64,000 bases of DNA from an uncultured bacterium (GCA_964236675.1 CAXSFI010000001.1:18365-82364), one strand, 5' to 3'. Numbered from the stretch's first letter, positions 45,020 through 55,895 are shown. Numbers and translations are program-made. Notes: a model not told the origin generated them from the letters alone.

Positions 45020-46488
45020 TGATTAGCCCTGCCATCCGTGCTAAGTACACTGCAACGATTGGTATTGAATGCCATGTACAGCTTAAGACCAAGACTAAGC
45101 TGTTCTCAGCTGTTGGCAATGATGCCCGCGAAGCATCACCCAACACGCTGGTCAGCCATATTGACTTCGGTCTGCCCGGTGCGCTACCGGTGCTGAACCA
45201 AGAAGCCGTTCATCTGGCCGTCAAAGCAGCTTTTGCGCTAGGTACTGAGCCAGAGCGTTTCAGCAAATTCGACCGCAAGCATTACTTTTATCCCGATTTA
45301 CCTAAAGGCTACCAAATTAGCCAGTTCGACGAGCCCATCATCGGCAAAGGTAGTATTACTATCGATGTTGCTGGTGAATCAAAGGTTATTGGCATCACTC
45401 GAGCACATATGGAGGAAGATGCTGGTAAGAGTAGTCATCCGGCCGGCAAGGACTATTCGCTGGTCGACCTCAACCGGGCCGGGACGCCGCTGCTGGAGAT
45501 TGTCAGCGAGCCCGACATGCACACTGCAGCCGAAGCCAAGGCCTATGCCTATGAACTCTACCTACGTATGCGCTACGCCGACGTTTCGGAAGCCAATCTG
45601 TACTACGGCAATATGCGCTTTGACGTCAATGTTAGCGTCAGTCAGACCAGTGCACTGGGCACCCGCAGCGAGTCCAAAAATCTCAACAGTTTCCGCTCGG
45701 TCGAAAAGGCTGTGGAGTATGAGATTGAACGCCAGATCGGTGTGCTGGAGTCCGGCGAACAGGTAGTGCAGGAGACCCGCGGCTGGGATGATGACAAGCA
45801 ACGGACGTTTAGCCAGCGCTCCAAGGAAAATGCCGACGATTATCGCTACATGCCCGACCCGGACCTGCCGCCTATCGTGCTGAGCGAAGATTTCATTGCC
45901 CGCGTCAAAGCCGAGATGCCGATTATGCCCGATGAGTGGCGTCAGCGCTTAAGCTCACTCGGTCTCGACAAAGCTCAGACGCAAACGTTGCTCGATGCCC
46001 ATATCGAACTCGGCACCGAGCACTATCTGGAGACGTTGCAGCTAGTGCTGGATGAGGCACCGCTGGCTAAACAGGTCGCCAATTGGCTGGTTAATGTCGA
46101 TGTGCCATTCATACGCGACCAGCAAACACTGCAGAATGCCATAGACCGCGTCAGCCTATACCGGGCCACCGCGGCGCTTATAGCCGCTGGCAAGCTAAGC
46201 TCTACCAACGCCAAAGCGCTGATTATGGATCTGTTAGTCCAGCCGGTGCTGCCAGTTGATATAGCTGCTTACGCTGAGGCCAAAGGCTTCATTCAAGAGT
46301 CTGACGAGACCGCCATCAATGAAATCGTCAAACAAGTCCTGGCCGAAAATCCCAAGGCTGCTGCCGATGTGAAGAATGGTGAAATGAAAGCCATCGGCTT
46401 CCTGACCGGCCAGGTCATGAAGCAATCCAATGGTAAGGCTAACCCTGCCCTGGCTCAGCAGGTTATTAAACAGCAAATAGGTCTGTAA
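45019..46488 (+). CDS. gatB: Asp/Glu-tRNA amidotransferase subunit B
   Basis: 489 aa. IGIECHVQL, FDRKHYFYPDLPKGYQISQ, HMEEDAGK, and a C-terminal GatB/YqeY domain. Confidence 0.96.
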   Translation: MISPAIRAKYTATIGIECHVQLKTKTKLFSAVGNDAREASPNTLVSHIDFGLPGALPVLNQEAVHLAVKAAFALGTEPERFSKFDRKHYFYPDLPKGYQISQFDEPIIGKGSITIDVAGESKVIGITRAHMEEDAGKSSHPAGKDYSLVDLNRAGTPLLEIVSEPDMHTAAEAKAYAYELYLRMRYADVSEANLYYGNMRFDVNVSVSQTSALGTRSESKNLNSFRSVEKAVEYEIERQIGVLESGEQVVQETRGWDDDKQRTFSQRSKENADDYRYMPDPDLPPIVLSEDFIARVKAEMPIMPDEWRQRLSSLGLDKAQTQTLLDAHIELGTEHYLETLQLVLDEAPLAKQVANWLVNVDVPFIRDQQTLQNAIDRVSLYRATAALIAAGKLSSTNAKALIMDLLVQPVLPVDIAAYAEAKGFIQESDETAINEIVKQVLAENPKAAADVKNGEMKAIGFLTGQVMKQSNGKANPALAQQVIKQQIGL

Positions 46489-47045
46489 TGCCCGAAGATT
46501 GGCAGCGTATTGAGCCGACAACGCAAGTTAAAGCAGCTTATAGGAGCCTGTTCGATAAAAGTTTCGTCATGCCTGATGGCCAAACCCACATTTTTACAAC
46601 TATACATCCGGCAGGCGCCAGCGCCGCATTTGTAATTGCTTTGACGCTGGATGAAAAAGTTATCGTGGCCCGGCAGTATCGACCCGGTCCAGAACGTATT
46701 ATGGATGAACTACCAGGTGGCGCAGTCGAGCCTGGCGAAACGCCAGAAGTTGCCGCCCGCCGTGAATTACGTGAAGAAACAGGTTACGTAGCCGATGCAT
46801 TAGAGTATCTAGGTAGCTCCGTCCGTGACGGTTACAGTAATGCGGTTGACTATAACTACCTGGCACTCGACTGTCAGTTAAGTGAAGACGGCCAGGAGCT
46901 AGACGAGCAAGAGTATATTGAGCCAGTCCTTATGACTATTGACGAGTTTTTGCATACAGCTAAAGCTGGTAACATTACTGACCAAGCTGCGGTATTGTTT
47001 GCCTATGACAAATTATGCGAGCTGAGAGACAACCGGCGAAATTAA
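46488..47045 (+). CDS. NUDIX hydrolase (ADP-ribose pyrophosphatase-like)
   Basis: Nudix box GGAVEPGETPEVAARRELREETGY. Confidence 0.85.
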   Translation: MPEDWQRIEPTTQVKAAYRSLFDKSFVMPDGQTHIFTTIHPAGASAAFVIALTLDEKVIVARQYRPGPERIMDELPGGAVEPGETPEVAARRELREETGYVADALEYLGSSVRDGYSNAVDYNYLALDCQLSEDGQELDEQEYIEPVLMTIDEFLHTAKAGNITDQAAVLFAYDKLCELRDNRRN

Positions 47046-47090
47046 TGTAAGTTAATGTATCTCGTACAGATTGCATGATACAATCGTTGC

Positions 47091-47987
47091 ATGAACAAGC
47101 CACCAGTCACCAAAGCCGTCATAGCAGCCGCAGGCCTGGGCACGCGCTTTTTACCACAGACTAAGGCGATGCCTAAAGAAATGTTGCCGCTGATCGATAA
47201 GCCGATCATTCAGCATATTGTCGAAGAGTTGTGCGCCGCCGGCGTGACCGACATTGTCATTGTAACTGGTTATCACAAGCGTTCCATAGAAGATCACTTC
47301 GACCAAGCCAGCGCCGAGCTGCGCTACAGTCTGGAATTTTCCAATAAGCGTGACCTTCTAAGTGCCACTAACGCCGTCGCCGATCTGGCGAACTTCGCTT
47401 ATTTGCGGCAAAAGGGGCCATATGGTACCGGCACGCCGCTGCTCAATGCCGCCCACCTCATCGGTAACGATCCGTTCATCTATACCTTTGCCGACGATTT
47501 TGTAGTGTCTGAAGTGCCTCGCTTCAAACAGTTGCTTGACGTTCATGAAGCATATGGTGGTTCAGTCCTGACCTGCATGCGCCGCGACGAAGATATAGAG
47601 TATGGCCGTTACGGCTATGTCGGCGGCCAAGAAATAGAGGTCGGACTGATTGATATGAACGCCATCGTCGAAAAACCTGGTAGTCGTGAAGCTTCGCCTT
47701 CCAGTTTGGCTTCGGTCAGTGGCTATTTATTGGATGCCACTATTTTAGAATATCTACAGCGACAGCTGGCTGTCTATGACCAATCGAGTGGTGAATTCCA
47801 GATCCAGGATGCTATGCAGCAGATGATCAATGATGGTCATCACTTCTATGGTTACGAGGTGAAGGGCGGCACGCATTATGATACTGGCAATCCCCTGGAA
47901 TATCTCAAAACTGTCTTCGACTTTGCCTTGGAGCGGGATGATATCGGCTCGGAGCTGACAGAGCACCTGCGAAAAAAATTACAGTAA
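47091..47987 (+). CDS. galU: UTP--glucose-1-phosphate uridylyltransferase
   Basis: KAVIAAAGLGTRFLPQTKAMPKEMLPLIDKPIIQHIVEE is the GalU N-terminal signature. Confidence 0.92.
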   Translation: MNKPPVTKAVIAAAGLGTRFLPQTKAMPKEMLPLIDKPIIQHIVEELCAAGVTDIVIVTGYHKRSIEDHFDQASAELRYSLEFSNKRDLLSATNAVADLANFAYLRQKGPYGTGTPLLNAAHLIGNDPFIYTFADDFVVSEVPRFKQLLDVHEAYGGSVLTCMRRDEDIEYGRYGYVGGQEIEVGLIDMNAIVEKPGSREASPSSLASVSGYLLDATILEYLQRQLAVYDQSSGEFQIQDAMQQMINDGHHFYGYEVKGGTHYDTGNPLEYLKTVFDFALERDDIGSELTEHLRKKLQ

Positions 47988-48019
47988 TCTGAAAGGGAAA
48001 CTGTATACTGGAGTTTACT

Positions 48020-48268
48020 ATGAGTACTACCGACACCGTCCTTCTCATCATTCTCACCTCACTGCTTAGCATCTTTTTTATTCTCTGCATTACTGCAGTG
48101 ATCGTCGCTTTGAAGCTGCTGGCCAGCATTAAACAGGCCGTCGTCAAAGCGGAAACTGTTATTGACTCTGTGGAGTCGGCGGCAGACACCTTCAAAAATG
48201 TCGGCGGCAAATTATCGTTACTCAACCTCGTCAAGAACATTTTCGACATAACCCAACGTAAGAAATAA
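48020..48268 (+). CDS. Small membrane protein (DUF948-like)
   Basis: 82 aa. One N-terminal TM followed by an amphipathic helix. Adjacent to a YtxH gene, as is common for DUF948. Confidence 0.45.
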   Translation: MSTTDTVLLIILTSLLSIFFILCITAVIVALKLLASIKQAVVKAETVIDSVESAADTFKNVGGKLSLLNLVKNIFDITQRKK

Positions 48269-48278
48269 GGAGTATCTC

Positions 48279-48680
48279 ATGGCTAAAACCGTCAAAAAAC
48301 TTGCAATCGGAGCTGCTGTCGCTGGCGCAGCTGGCTACGTAGCTGGAATCCTAACCGCCCCCAAAGCCGGCAAAGAAACCCGCGGTGATATCAAGACAGC
48401 GACTAATCGCGGCGTCACCGAAGCCGAAAAAGATCTTAAGAGATTGCATACTGAGCTCGGTTCACTACTCACCGAAGCTAAAGACCAAGGCAACAATCTC
48501 ACTGGAAAGACTAAAACCGAGCTGTCAGACCTGATGGACAAAGCCAAGGACACGAAAGAAAAAGCCCGTGAGATGCTTAGCGCTGTTCACGAAGGTGGTG
48601 CCGAAGACAAGGACTTACGCCGCGCCATCAAAGATGCAAATAAGGCTGTTGACCACATCAAAGACTACCTCAAGAAATAA
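48279..48680 (+). CDS. YtxH domain protein
   Basis: GAAVAGAAGYVAGILTAPKAGKETRGDIK N-terminus typical of YtxH, followed by a charged helical tail. Confidence 0.75.
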   Translation: MAKTVKKLAIGAAVAGAAGYVAGILTAPKAGKETRGDIKTATNRGVTEAEKDLKRLHTELGSLLTEAKDQGNNLTGKTKTELSDLMDKAKDTKEKAREMLSAVHEGGAEDKDLRRAIKDANKAVDHIKDYLKK

Positions 48681-48682
48681 CT

Positions 48683-48780
48683 TTTCTAATCGCATTCCTA
48701 TACGGGATGCTATATATGCCACCTTTGCTTAGGATATCTTCATTATAGGAAATGTAACATCTATGTTACATTTCCTGAGA
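48683..48780. repeat. Family B element, short copy with an intact 30 bp palindrome
   Basis: TTTCTAATCGCATTCCTATACGGGAT (48683-48708) and ATTATAGGAAATGTAACATCTATGTTACATTTCCTGAGA match 26148-26265. Palindrome AGGAAATGTAACAT-CT-ATGTTACATTTCCT at 48747-48776. Confidence 0.7.
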
Positions 48781-48853
48781 GTTTGTTGTAAATGTTAGCC
48801 TGCCCATACAGGTCTATTCGCGCTATAATAACGTCTAAAGAGGGTACATCTTA

Positions 48854-51800
48854 ATGACGAAAAAGGCGCTAGGCGCTATCGATTACGTTCATCTTCACAA
48901 CCATACGCAGTACAGCCTGCTTGATGGCTTGACCAAAGTGCCGGCGCTCATCGAATATACCAAAGATATGGGTATGGTAGCGGTGGCTCAGACCGACCAC
49001 GGCACCATGAGCGGCGCTATTGAATTCTATAAAGAGTCGCAGGGCAGCGGCGTCAAGCCGATTATCGGTATGGAAGCATACGTGGCAGCGCGCACTCGTC
49101 ACGATCGTGACCCGCAGAAAGACAAAAATTACTTCCACCTAATTATCCTGGCCATGAATAATACCGGCTATCAGAACCTAATGCGGCTAAGCTCAATTGC
49201 TAACCTCGAAGGCGTCTACTATAAGCCCCGTATTGACCATGAGCTGCTGGAGAAGTACAACGAAGGTCTGATTGTCCTGAGCGGTTGTATCGGTGGCGAG
49301 ATCGGCGATAACCTGCGCAATGGTCAATATGACAAAGCTGTTGAAGTCGCTAAGTGGTACACATCAGTCTTCGGCGATCGCTATTATCTGGAAGTTCAGG
49401 ACCACGGCCACCCGGACCACCCCAGCAAATGGGACGAGCAAGTCACCGTCACTGAACTGACCATCAAGTTATCTGAGGAACTAGACATTCCTTGTGTGGT
49501 CACGTGCGATGCTCACTATCTGAGGCATGAAGATCAAATTGCCCACGAGATATTGCTGTGTGTGCAGACTGGCGCCTTTCTGAGTGATGAAAAGCGGATG
49601 AGTCTGAGCGACTTCGAATTGCACGTAACAGATCCAACTGAGATCATCCAACGGTGGGGTAAGGACCATCCTGATTACATAACCAATACTCGAGCTATAG
49701 CCGACCGCTGCGAAGTGACGATTGAGCTCGGCAAGATCCTGATACCGAAGTTCCCGGTACCGGCCGGAGAGAGTGAAAAGTCCTACCTAGACAGATTGGT
49801 TTATAGTGGTCTGGCCTGGCGCTACGGTGGTGCCGCCAAGGCTGAGGCTATGAATTTGTCTGTTGCCGAAGCCCAAAAGACGCTGCCCGACGAGGTTCAA
49901 ACCCGCACCACATATGAGCTTGGCGTCATCGATAAAATGGGGTTCAATGGATATTTTTTGATTATTTCGGACTTTATTGGCTGGGGCAAGGACCAGGGGA
50001 TAGTCTTTGGCCCAGGGCGGGGTAGCGCTGCCGGTTCGATCATTTCCTATGCCTTAGCCATCACTGAGCTTGACCCGCTCAAATACGATCTGCTGTTCGA
50101 ACGTTTCCTCAACCCGGATCGTATCAGCATGCCCGATGTCGATATTGACATTCAGGATACTCGGCGTAACGAAGTTATCCAGTATTGTGTCCAAAAGTAT
50201 GGCACCGAGCGCGTGGCCAATATCGTCACCTTTGGCCGGATGGCCGCTCGCAACGCTGTCCGCGACGTGTCGCGGGTGCTACAGGTGCCATATTCAGAAG
50301 CCGATCGTTTGTCTAAGATGATTCCGGCCCCCATCCAGGGCATGAACATCCCTTTGGCCAAAGCTCTAGCGACTGACTTTGACTTAAAGCATGAATATGA
50401 GACCAACGAAACCTCCAAAAAAGTGTTTGACCTAGCTTTGCAGCTCGAAGGTACCATTCGATCCCATGGCGTCCATGCCGCTGGTGTCGTCATTGCCCCC
50501 GACGACATCGTGAAATTCGTGCCGCTGGAAATGGCCCAAAAGGGCGTTGTGGCCACGCAGTATCCGATGGGCCCCGTCGAAGAGCTCGGCCTGCTCAAAA
50601 TGGACTTTTTGGGATTGTCCAACTTAACGACTATCAAGAATGCCCTGCGTATCATCAAGCGTGTCCACGGTGACGACATCGACATCAATGAGATTCCGCT
50701 CGATGACACGGCAGCTTATGAGCTGCTGCAGCGTGGTGACACCACCGGCGTCTTCCAGCTGGAATCAGCCGGCATGAAGCGTTACCTGCGTGAGCTGAAG
50801 CCGACGACATTTGAGGATATTGTGGCCATGGTGGCGCTGTATCGTCCGGGTCCGATGCAGTTCATCGATGACTTTATTGCCCGCAAGCATGGTGAACGCC
50901 AGATTGTTTATCCGCATCCGAGCATGGAAAACTCGCTCAAAAATACTTACGGCGTCCTGGTTTACCAGGAGCAGGTGATGCAAATCTCCAAGGAAGTCTG
51001 TGGCCTGACAGGTGGTGAGGCAGATACGCTGCGTAAAGCTATTGGTAAGAAAAAGATCGACATTATGCGCAAGATGAAGCTACGCATGATTGAGGGTGGC
51101 CAAGCTGTGTCTGGCATTCAGCCGGCGCTGATGGAAGCCTTCTGGAAGCAGCTCGAAGAGTTCGCGGCCTACTGTTTCAACAAGTCCCACGCTGCCTGTT
51201 ACGGCCTGATTGCTTACCAGACGGCCTACCTCAAAGCCCACTATCCAGCCGCTTTTATGGCCGCCGTCATGACCAGCGATTACGATGATATCGATCGGCT
51301 GGCTATTGAGATTACCGAATGCAAGAAAATGGGTATTACGGTGATGGCGCCGGATGTCAATGAATCGTATCTCGAGTTTGCCGTGGTGCCAGAGACCAAT
51401 CAGATCCGCTTTGGCATGGCAGCTATCAAAAATGTCGGCACCGGGGCAGTCGAAGAGATTCTGAAAGCCCGCGACGTGGCCAACTTTACCAGCCTGGAAG
51501 ACTTCCTGACCCGCGTCAACAGTCGGGTCGTCAACCGCAAAACCATGGAAAGCCTGATCAAAGCCGGTGGCTTCGACCGCTACGGCGAACGGGCAGTGCT
51601 GCTGCACAACCTGGATATGCTGCTGGCGTTCGCCCAGCGCCTGCAAAAGCAGGCCAGTAGCGGCCAGGTTGATCTGTTCGGTAATGAAACTGGCGGGTCA
51701 GCCAAGCATGTCAATCTGGAGCTGCAGCCGGCGCCGGCGGCTATTGATATGCGTGAGCAACTATTGTGGGAGCGTGAACTGCTCGGGTTGTACCTCAGCC

Positions 51801-52501
51801 AGCACCCGCTAGCCATGTTTGAGACTTTCCTTAAGGAGAAAACTGTGGCTATCAAAGAGCTGAAGGGTGCCCACGACGGCAAGCCGGTGACTATTGGCGG
51901 TGCTATCACCGATGTCCGCGAGATCACTACTAAGAACGGTCAGAAAATGGCTTTTATAAAGCTCGAGGATCATACAGCCGAGATCGAAGTCATCCTCTTT
52001 CCCAGTGCTTATCAACAGACTGTCGGCCTGTGGGAGCGTGACCGGGTGGTGCTGATCCATGGCAAGGTCAACGGCAAAGACCGCGAGGGTAAGCCCAGTG
52101 ATGAGGCCAAAGTTATGGTCGACGACGCCCGTGAGATTACTTCGGCCCAGGCCCAGGCATACCAAGAGACTGGCCGTAAGGCCCGGGTGCCCAAGCCAGC
52201 CAAAGCCGCAGCCCTGGCTGCCAAAAAGGCTGCTTTGGCTGTTTCAGGCACCAAAGCCGCCGCCGAGCCTATAAGTGTAGAAAAATTATACATTCGTTTA
52301 CTGAGTAGTAGTGACACGGATACGCTAATGTCGCTCAAGCAAATGATCGATGCTAACCGTGGTGAGACCGAAGTCATACTAGTACTTGGCGAGGCGGCTA
52401 GTAAGCAGGCTATCAAACTGCCAGGTGGCTTTGACCATTTGAGCGAAGGCCTGGGCCAGCTCCGTGAGCTGGTCGGTGCCGACAACCTCGTCCTCCGTTA
52501 A
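48854..52501 (+). CDS. dnaE: DNA polymerase III alpha subunit
   Basis: 1215 aa. PHP domain (HLHNHTQYSLLDG), polymerase core (PDVDIDI), OB fold. Confidence 0.97.
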   Translation: MTKKALGAIDYVHLHNHTQYSLLDGLTKVPALIEYTKDMGMVAVAQTDHGTMSGAIEFYKESQGSGVKPIIGMEAYVAARTRHDRDPQKDKNYFHLIILAMNNTGYQNLMRLSSIANLEGVYYKPRIDHELLEKYNEGLIVLSGCIGGEIGDNLRNGQYDKAVEVAKWYTSVFGDRYYLEVQDHGHPDHPSKWDEQVTVTELTIKLSEELDIPCVVTCDAHYLRHEDQIAHEILLCVQTGAFLSDEKRMSLSDFELHVTDPTEIIQRWGKDHPDYITNTRAIADRCEVTIELGKILIPKFPVPAGESEKSYLDRLVYSGLAWRYGGAAKAEAMNLSVAEAQKTLPDEVQTRTTYELGVIDKMGFNGYFLIISDFIGWGKDQGIVFGPGRGSAAGSIISYALAITELDPLKYDLLFERFLNPDRISMPDVDIDIQDTRRNEVIQYCVQKYGTERVANIVTFGRMAARNAVRDVSRVLQVPYSEADRLSKMIPAPIQGMNIPLAKALATDFDLKHEYETNETSKKVFDLALQLEGTIRSHGVHAAGVVIAPDDIVKFVPLEMAQKGVVATQYPMGPVEELGLLKMDFLGLSNLTTIKNALRIIKRVHGDDIDINEIPLDDTAAYELLQRGDTTGVFQLESAGMKRYLRELKPTTFEDIVAMVALYRPGPMQFIDDFIARKHGERQIVYPHPSMENSLKNTYGVLVYQEQVMQISKEVCGLTGGEADTLRKAIGKKKIDIMRKMKLRMIEGGQAVSGIQPALMEAFWKQLEEFAAYCFNKSHAACYGLIAYQTAYLKAHYPAAFMAAVMTSDYDDIDRLAIEITECKKMGITVMAPDVNESYLEFAVVPETNQIRFGMAAIKNVGTGAVEEILKARDVANFTSLEDFLTRVNSRVVNRKTMESLIKAGGFDRYGERAVLLHNLDMLLAFAQRLQKQASSGQVDLFGNETGGSAKHVNLELQPAPAAIDMREQLLWERELLGLYLSQHPLAMFETFLKEKTVAIKELKGAHDGKPVTIGGAITDVREITTKNGQKMAFIKLEDHTAEIEVILFPSAYQQTVGLWERDRVVLIHGKVNGKDREGKPSDEAKVMVDDAREITSAQAQAYQETGRKARVPKPAKAAALAAKKAALAVSGTKAAAEPISVEKLYIRLLSSSDTDTLMSLKQMIDANRGETEVILVLGEAASKQAIKLPGGFDHLSEGLGQLRELVGADNLVLR

Positions 52502-52558
52502 TCTCAGTCATCTAATATGGAAGGATCAAAAATAGAGTTATGCTTTAGTCCTATTTCC

Positions 52559-52620
52559 AGATTGTCATGTTTTTTGAAGAATAATTTTAGGTTAATATTC
52601 TTCAAAAAACATGACAATCT
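52559..52620. repeat. Family A element, intact copy: perfect 25 bp inverted repeat
   Basis: AGATTGTCATGTTTTTTGAAGAATA (52559-52583), 12 nt loop, TATTCTTCAAAAAACATGACAATCT (52596-52620). Lies between convergent dnaE and the CAP-domain gene. Confidence 0.85.
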
Positions 52621-52695
52621 GATAACTGACCAATTACCCGAAGAGAAAATCCTGATCCTTATCAATGTACGAAAATCCTATTATAGAAATATGAT

Positions 52696-53619
52696 TTAAC
52701 GGATGAAACCGGAGGTGCGGGTTAGCACGAAACCTGCCATCACGATAGCCAGGAATACCACATCAAGCATAGCATGATGTGCAACAAACCGTTCGCCGCG
52801 GACTAATACGCGTTGCAGGCGCAAACCATGACGCAATATGAAAACTACTAAGGCGGTGCTAGCGATGAGCGATACGGCAAACAGGCTCCAGGTAGCCCGA
52901 CCGCCAGTTAGCAGTTGAATGCGCGACACATTCTGAGCTTGGATCTCAGTCGCGGCCAAGGGCTTAATTGTTGAAGCGCCGGCTACGGCAGGGGGATTCG
53001 GCACAGTGAAGGTGATGTTAGCCGCTGCAGCCACCGGCGCCGCATACTCGGCCACGACCACGGTCGCCGGCCCTTTACCTTGATAATTCGGCGAGCTGGC
53101 GGTGGCAAACCCAACCTGGGTATAGCCGGCATTCAGGATATTGGCTTTATGCTCGGCGCTATTCATCCAGCCATTTTCGGTGGCACCAGCATCACTGAAG
53201 CCGTAAGCCAGATTCTCTCCAGCTGTCTGATATTGATAGCCCGAAGCAGTTATAAAATCCCAGGGGGTCTTGCCATCCGGGGAGTTGTGGGCCCAGTAAT
53301 TCTTGGCGATCAGATCATTGGCTTTGGCTTGAGCAGCCGCCGTCAGCTGCGGGTCGAGGCTGAGGGCCGATTGACTGGAGGCGGCCCGACTGGCATTGGT
53401 AGCCTGTAACAGCGCCGTCGCACTGTAATCGCTGCTAGCACCAAGCACGCCACTACTGGACCACAGAGTATTTACAAACAAGCCCATACCTACCACCAGC
53501 AACATTGGCAGGTAAGGCCAATAATGCTTCAAGTACTGCTTACCTTGCTTATGGTGTTGGCCGACCCGTCTTTTTTGGGCGACCGCTGGTTTGCGTTTTT
53601 TGGGAGTGACTAGTGCCAT
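52696..53619 (-). CDS. CAP/SCP (PR-1-like) domain protein with N- and C-terminal membrane segments
   Basis: 307 aa. YWAHNSPDGKTPWDFI, GENLAYGF, GWMNSAEHKANIL, YTQVGFA. Confidence 0.8.
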   Translation of the reverse strand: MALVTPKKRKPAVAQKRRVGQHHKQGKQYLKHYWPYLPMLLVVGMGLFVNTLWSSSGVLGASSDYSATALLQATNASRAASSQSALSLDPQLTAAAQAKANDLIAKNYWAHNSPDGKTPWDFITASGYQYQTAGENLAYGFSDAGATENGWMNSAEHKANILNAGYTQVGFATASSPNYQGKGPATVVVAEYAAPVAAAANITFTVPNPPAVAGASTIKPLAATEIQAQNVSRIQLLTGGRATWSLFAVSLIASTALVVFILRHGLRLQRVLVRGERFVAHHAMLDVVFLAIVMAGFVLTRTSGFIR

Positions 53620-53681
53620 AGTTTTTATGTTTAATTTGTAAGCTTACTATAGCATAAATCCGTTCCAGCCGGAAAAAGACC

Positions 53682-54200
53682 TTAGGCGCGGTAAAACCGA
53701 CAATGATAGAGAGCCATGGCTGCAGCTTGAACAACATTGAATGATTCTTTTTGGCCCAGCATCGGAATAACCAGCTGCAGATCTGTCAGAGCGAGGATCT
53801 CCGACTCGACCCCTTCGACTTCACGGCCCAAAATGATTGCTAGACGCTCAGGAGGTTTATAAGTGCTGAGATCGCGGGCAGTAGCTGTCTGTTCCAGAGC
53901 GGCAATGGTGTAACTCTGCATACGCAGTTCATGTATCAGCGCATTAATATCACTCTGGTGCTGCCAGACTACAGACAATTCAGCCCCGAGCGCCGTTTTG
54001 GATATGTTCTTATTAATCTTGTGGGCCAGGTGGGGCAAACGCATATCATCGACCTGCGCCGGATAAGGCGTATAGCCGGTTAGGTACACCTGCTCAACGC
54101 CCAAGCCGTCAGCGGTGCGTAGCAACGAGCCGACGTTATGAGAGCTCCGTAAGTTATGGGCAATGACAATGAGGGATCGCATGTCTAAACTATAACGCAT
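53682..54200 (-). CDS. SpoU/TrmH family RNA 2'-O-methyltransferase
   Basis: 172 aa. HNVGSLLRTADGLGV, IILGREVEGV, IPMLGQKESFNVVQAAAMAL SPOUT motifs. Confidence 0.8.
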   Translation of the reverse strand: MRYSLDMRSLIVIAHNLRSSHNVGSLLRTADGLGVEQVYLTGYTPYPAQVDDMRLPHLAHKINKNISKTALGAELSVVWQHQSDINALIHELRMQSYTIAALEQTATARDLSTYKPPERLAIILGREVEGVESEILALTDLQLVIPMLGQKESFNVVQAAAMALYHCRFYRA

Positions 54201-54250
54201 CAGGCAGACAATTGTGACTTGATAGCGCTAATGCTTTATACTAACAGGTA

Positions 54251-55855
54251 ATGAGCCAAGATGCCCGCATAGATGAAGAACAGGCAACGCAGCGCCGCGC
54301 CCGGGTGCTGGGATTGGACTATGTCAATACCGCCCATATTCAGGACAAGCAGCTCTACCGGGACGTCCTGACTATTCCCGAGTTACGTACCCTGCGAATG
54401 ATTCCACTCCGCGAAGATCAAAGCAACATTTTATTCGGCATAACCACGACCACTTCACAACAATCCATGAATGGCATTCGACAGCGTTTCCTGGACCAGC
54501 GGATTGCCTTCGCAATCATCTCCGACACCGGCTTTCGCGACTATATGTTGCTCTATGATCCACCGCAAAAAGTCGAGTATACCGACATTAGTATCGACCA
54601 GACCAATAGTCAGCAGCTGGTTCACCAGGTGTCAGTCGTGCTGGATCAGGTGCGGGCCGATGATATGCTGGCTTACTTAGTCAGCCAGGCTCACAATCTC
54701 AACGCCTCAGATATTCACATTGAAACCCAAGCCGACGATGTTCGGATTCGCTTCCGAATAGATGGCGTATTGCACCCGATCGCCAACCTACAATACGACA
54801 AATACCGGGTATTGATGTCAGCGATTGCCAGCGCCGGCAACGTCTCAACCTCGGCTGATGATGCCCAGCAAGGTCATATTGCCCAAAAGGTCACCATGGC
54901 CGATGGTACTGCCGTGGATGTCAATGTCCGTCTGGAAACGGTGCCGACCATCAATAGCATGGACGTGGTGATGCGCTTATTTAACATGGACCAGTCCATG
55001 TATACTTTGGATCGCCTCGGGCTATCACAGGCCGAGCGAGCTGTGGTTGACGATATCATTGCCAAGCCGAGCGGGCTGGTCATGGTGGTCGGACCAACCG
55101 GTTCGGGCAAGACGACTACACTCTACTCGATGCTCAATTCGCTTAACAATGATGAACGCAAGATCATTACCATCGAGGACCCCGTCGAATACCAGTTCGC
55201 AGGCATCACGCAGATCTCAGTACATAGTAAAGCCTCGGGTGATGACGGCAGCTTCGCCGGCAAGCTGCGCGCCGTACTCCGTCTGGATCCGGATATCGTG
55301 ATGGTCGGCGAGATCCGTGACATGGATACTGCCAAAACTGCCTTGCAGGCTGCGCTGACCGGTCACCTGGTGCTCAGCACTTTTCATGCCAGCTCTGCCT
55401 CCGCTGCGCTGACACGCCTAGGCGATGTCATTGGTCAAAATCCACTTTTTGTCTCCGCCATCAGATTGGTTATGGCCCAGCGTTTGGTCCGTCGGCTTGA
55501 TGACTCTATAAAGCAGGCTTACAGCCCGAGCGAAAGCGAACTGCAGCGTATCCGGCAAGTCACTGATACTATCCCGGAAGAGCGGCGACCCAATCTGGAG
55601 GGCCTACAGTTGTATCACCCCGGTGCTTCGGAAGCCAACCCCTATGGTTATAAGGGACAAATAGCTATTCGTGAACAGTTCACCATGACTAATCAGCTGC
55701 GGGCACTCCTGGAAAATCCAAACGCCATGTTGTCGGCGCAGGCTATCGAAGAAGCCGCCGTCGCCAGCGGCATGCGCACCATGACCCAGGATGCTATGCT
55801 CAAGGTCATTGCTGGCGAAACTACCCTAGAAGAGATCCTGCGCGTCGTCGGTTAA
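54251..55855 (+). CDS. pilB: Type II/IV secretion ATPase (PilB/GspE family)
   Basis: 534 aa. Walker A VVGPTGSGKTTTLYS, Asp box IITIEDPVEY, Walker B DIVMVGEIRD, His box LVLSTFHA. Confidence 0.88.
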   Translation: MSQDARIDEEQATQRRARVLGLDYVNTAHIQDKQLYRDVLTIPELRTLRMIPLREDQSNILFGITTTTSQQSMNGIRQRFLDQRIAFAIISDTGFRDYMLLYDPPQKVEYTDISIDQTNSQQLVHQVSVVLDQVRADDMLAYLVSQAHNLNASDIHIETQADDVRIRFRIDGVLHPIANLQYDKYRVLMSAIASAGNVSTSADDAQQGHIAQKVTMADGTAVDVNVRLETVPTINSMDVVMRLFNMDQSMYTLDRLGLSQAERAVVDDIIAKPSGLVMVVGPTGSGKTTTLYSMLNSLNNDERKIITIEDPVEYQFAGITQISVHSKASGDDGSFAGKLRAVLRLDPDIVMVGEIRDMDTAKTALQAALTGHLVLSTFHASSASAALTRLGDVIGQNPLFVSAIRLVMAQRLVRRLDDSIKQAYSPSESELQRIRQVTDTIPEERRPNLEGLQLYHPGASEANPYGYKGQIAIREQFTMTNQLRALLENPNAMLSAQAIEEAAVASGMRTMTQDAMLKVIAGETTLEEILRVVG

Positions 55856-55857
55856 TC

Positions 55858-55886
55858 TTGCTTAACTTGAAAAAATGGTGTATAAT
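55858..55886 (+). promoter_or_regulatory. Promoter TTGCTT-17-TATAAT for the WhiB-like gene
   Basis: TTGCTT 55858-55863, TATAAT 55881-55886, ATG 55896 is 9 nt downstream, with no SD. Confidence 0.5.
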
Positions 55887-55895
55887 GTACATCTT

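Noticed and set aside
52517-52699. 60 aa ORF in the dnaE / CAP-gene spacer
   Set aside because: It runs straight through the 25 bp perfect inverted repeat of the family A element. It is Phe/Lys/Ile-rich and low in complexity, with no start context.
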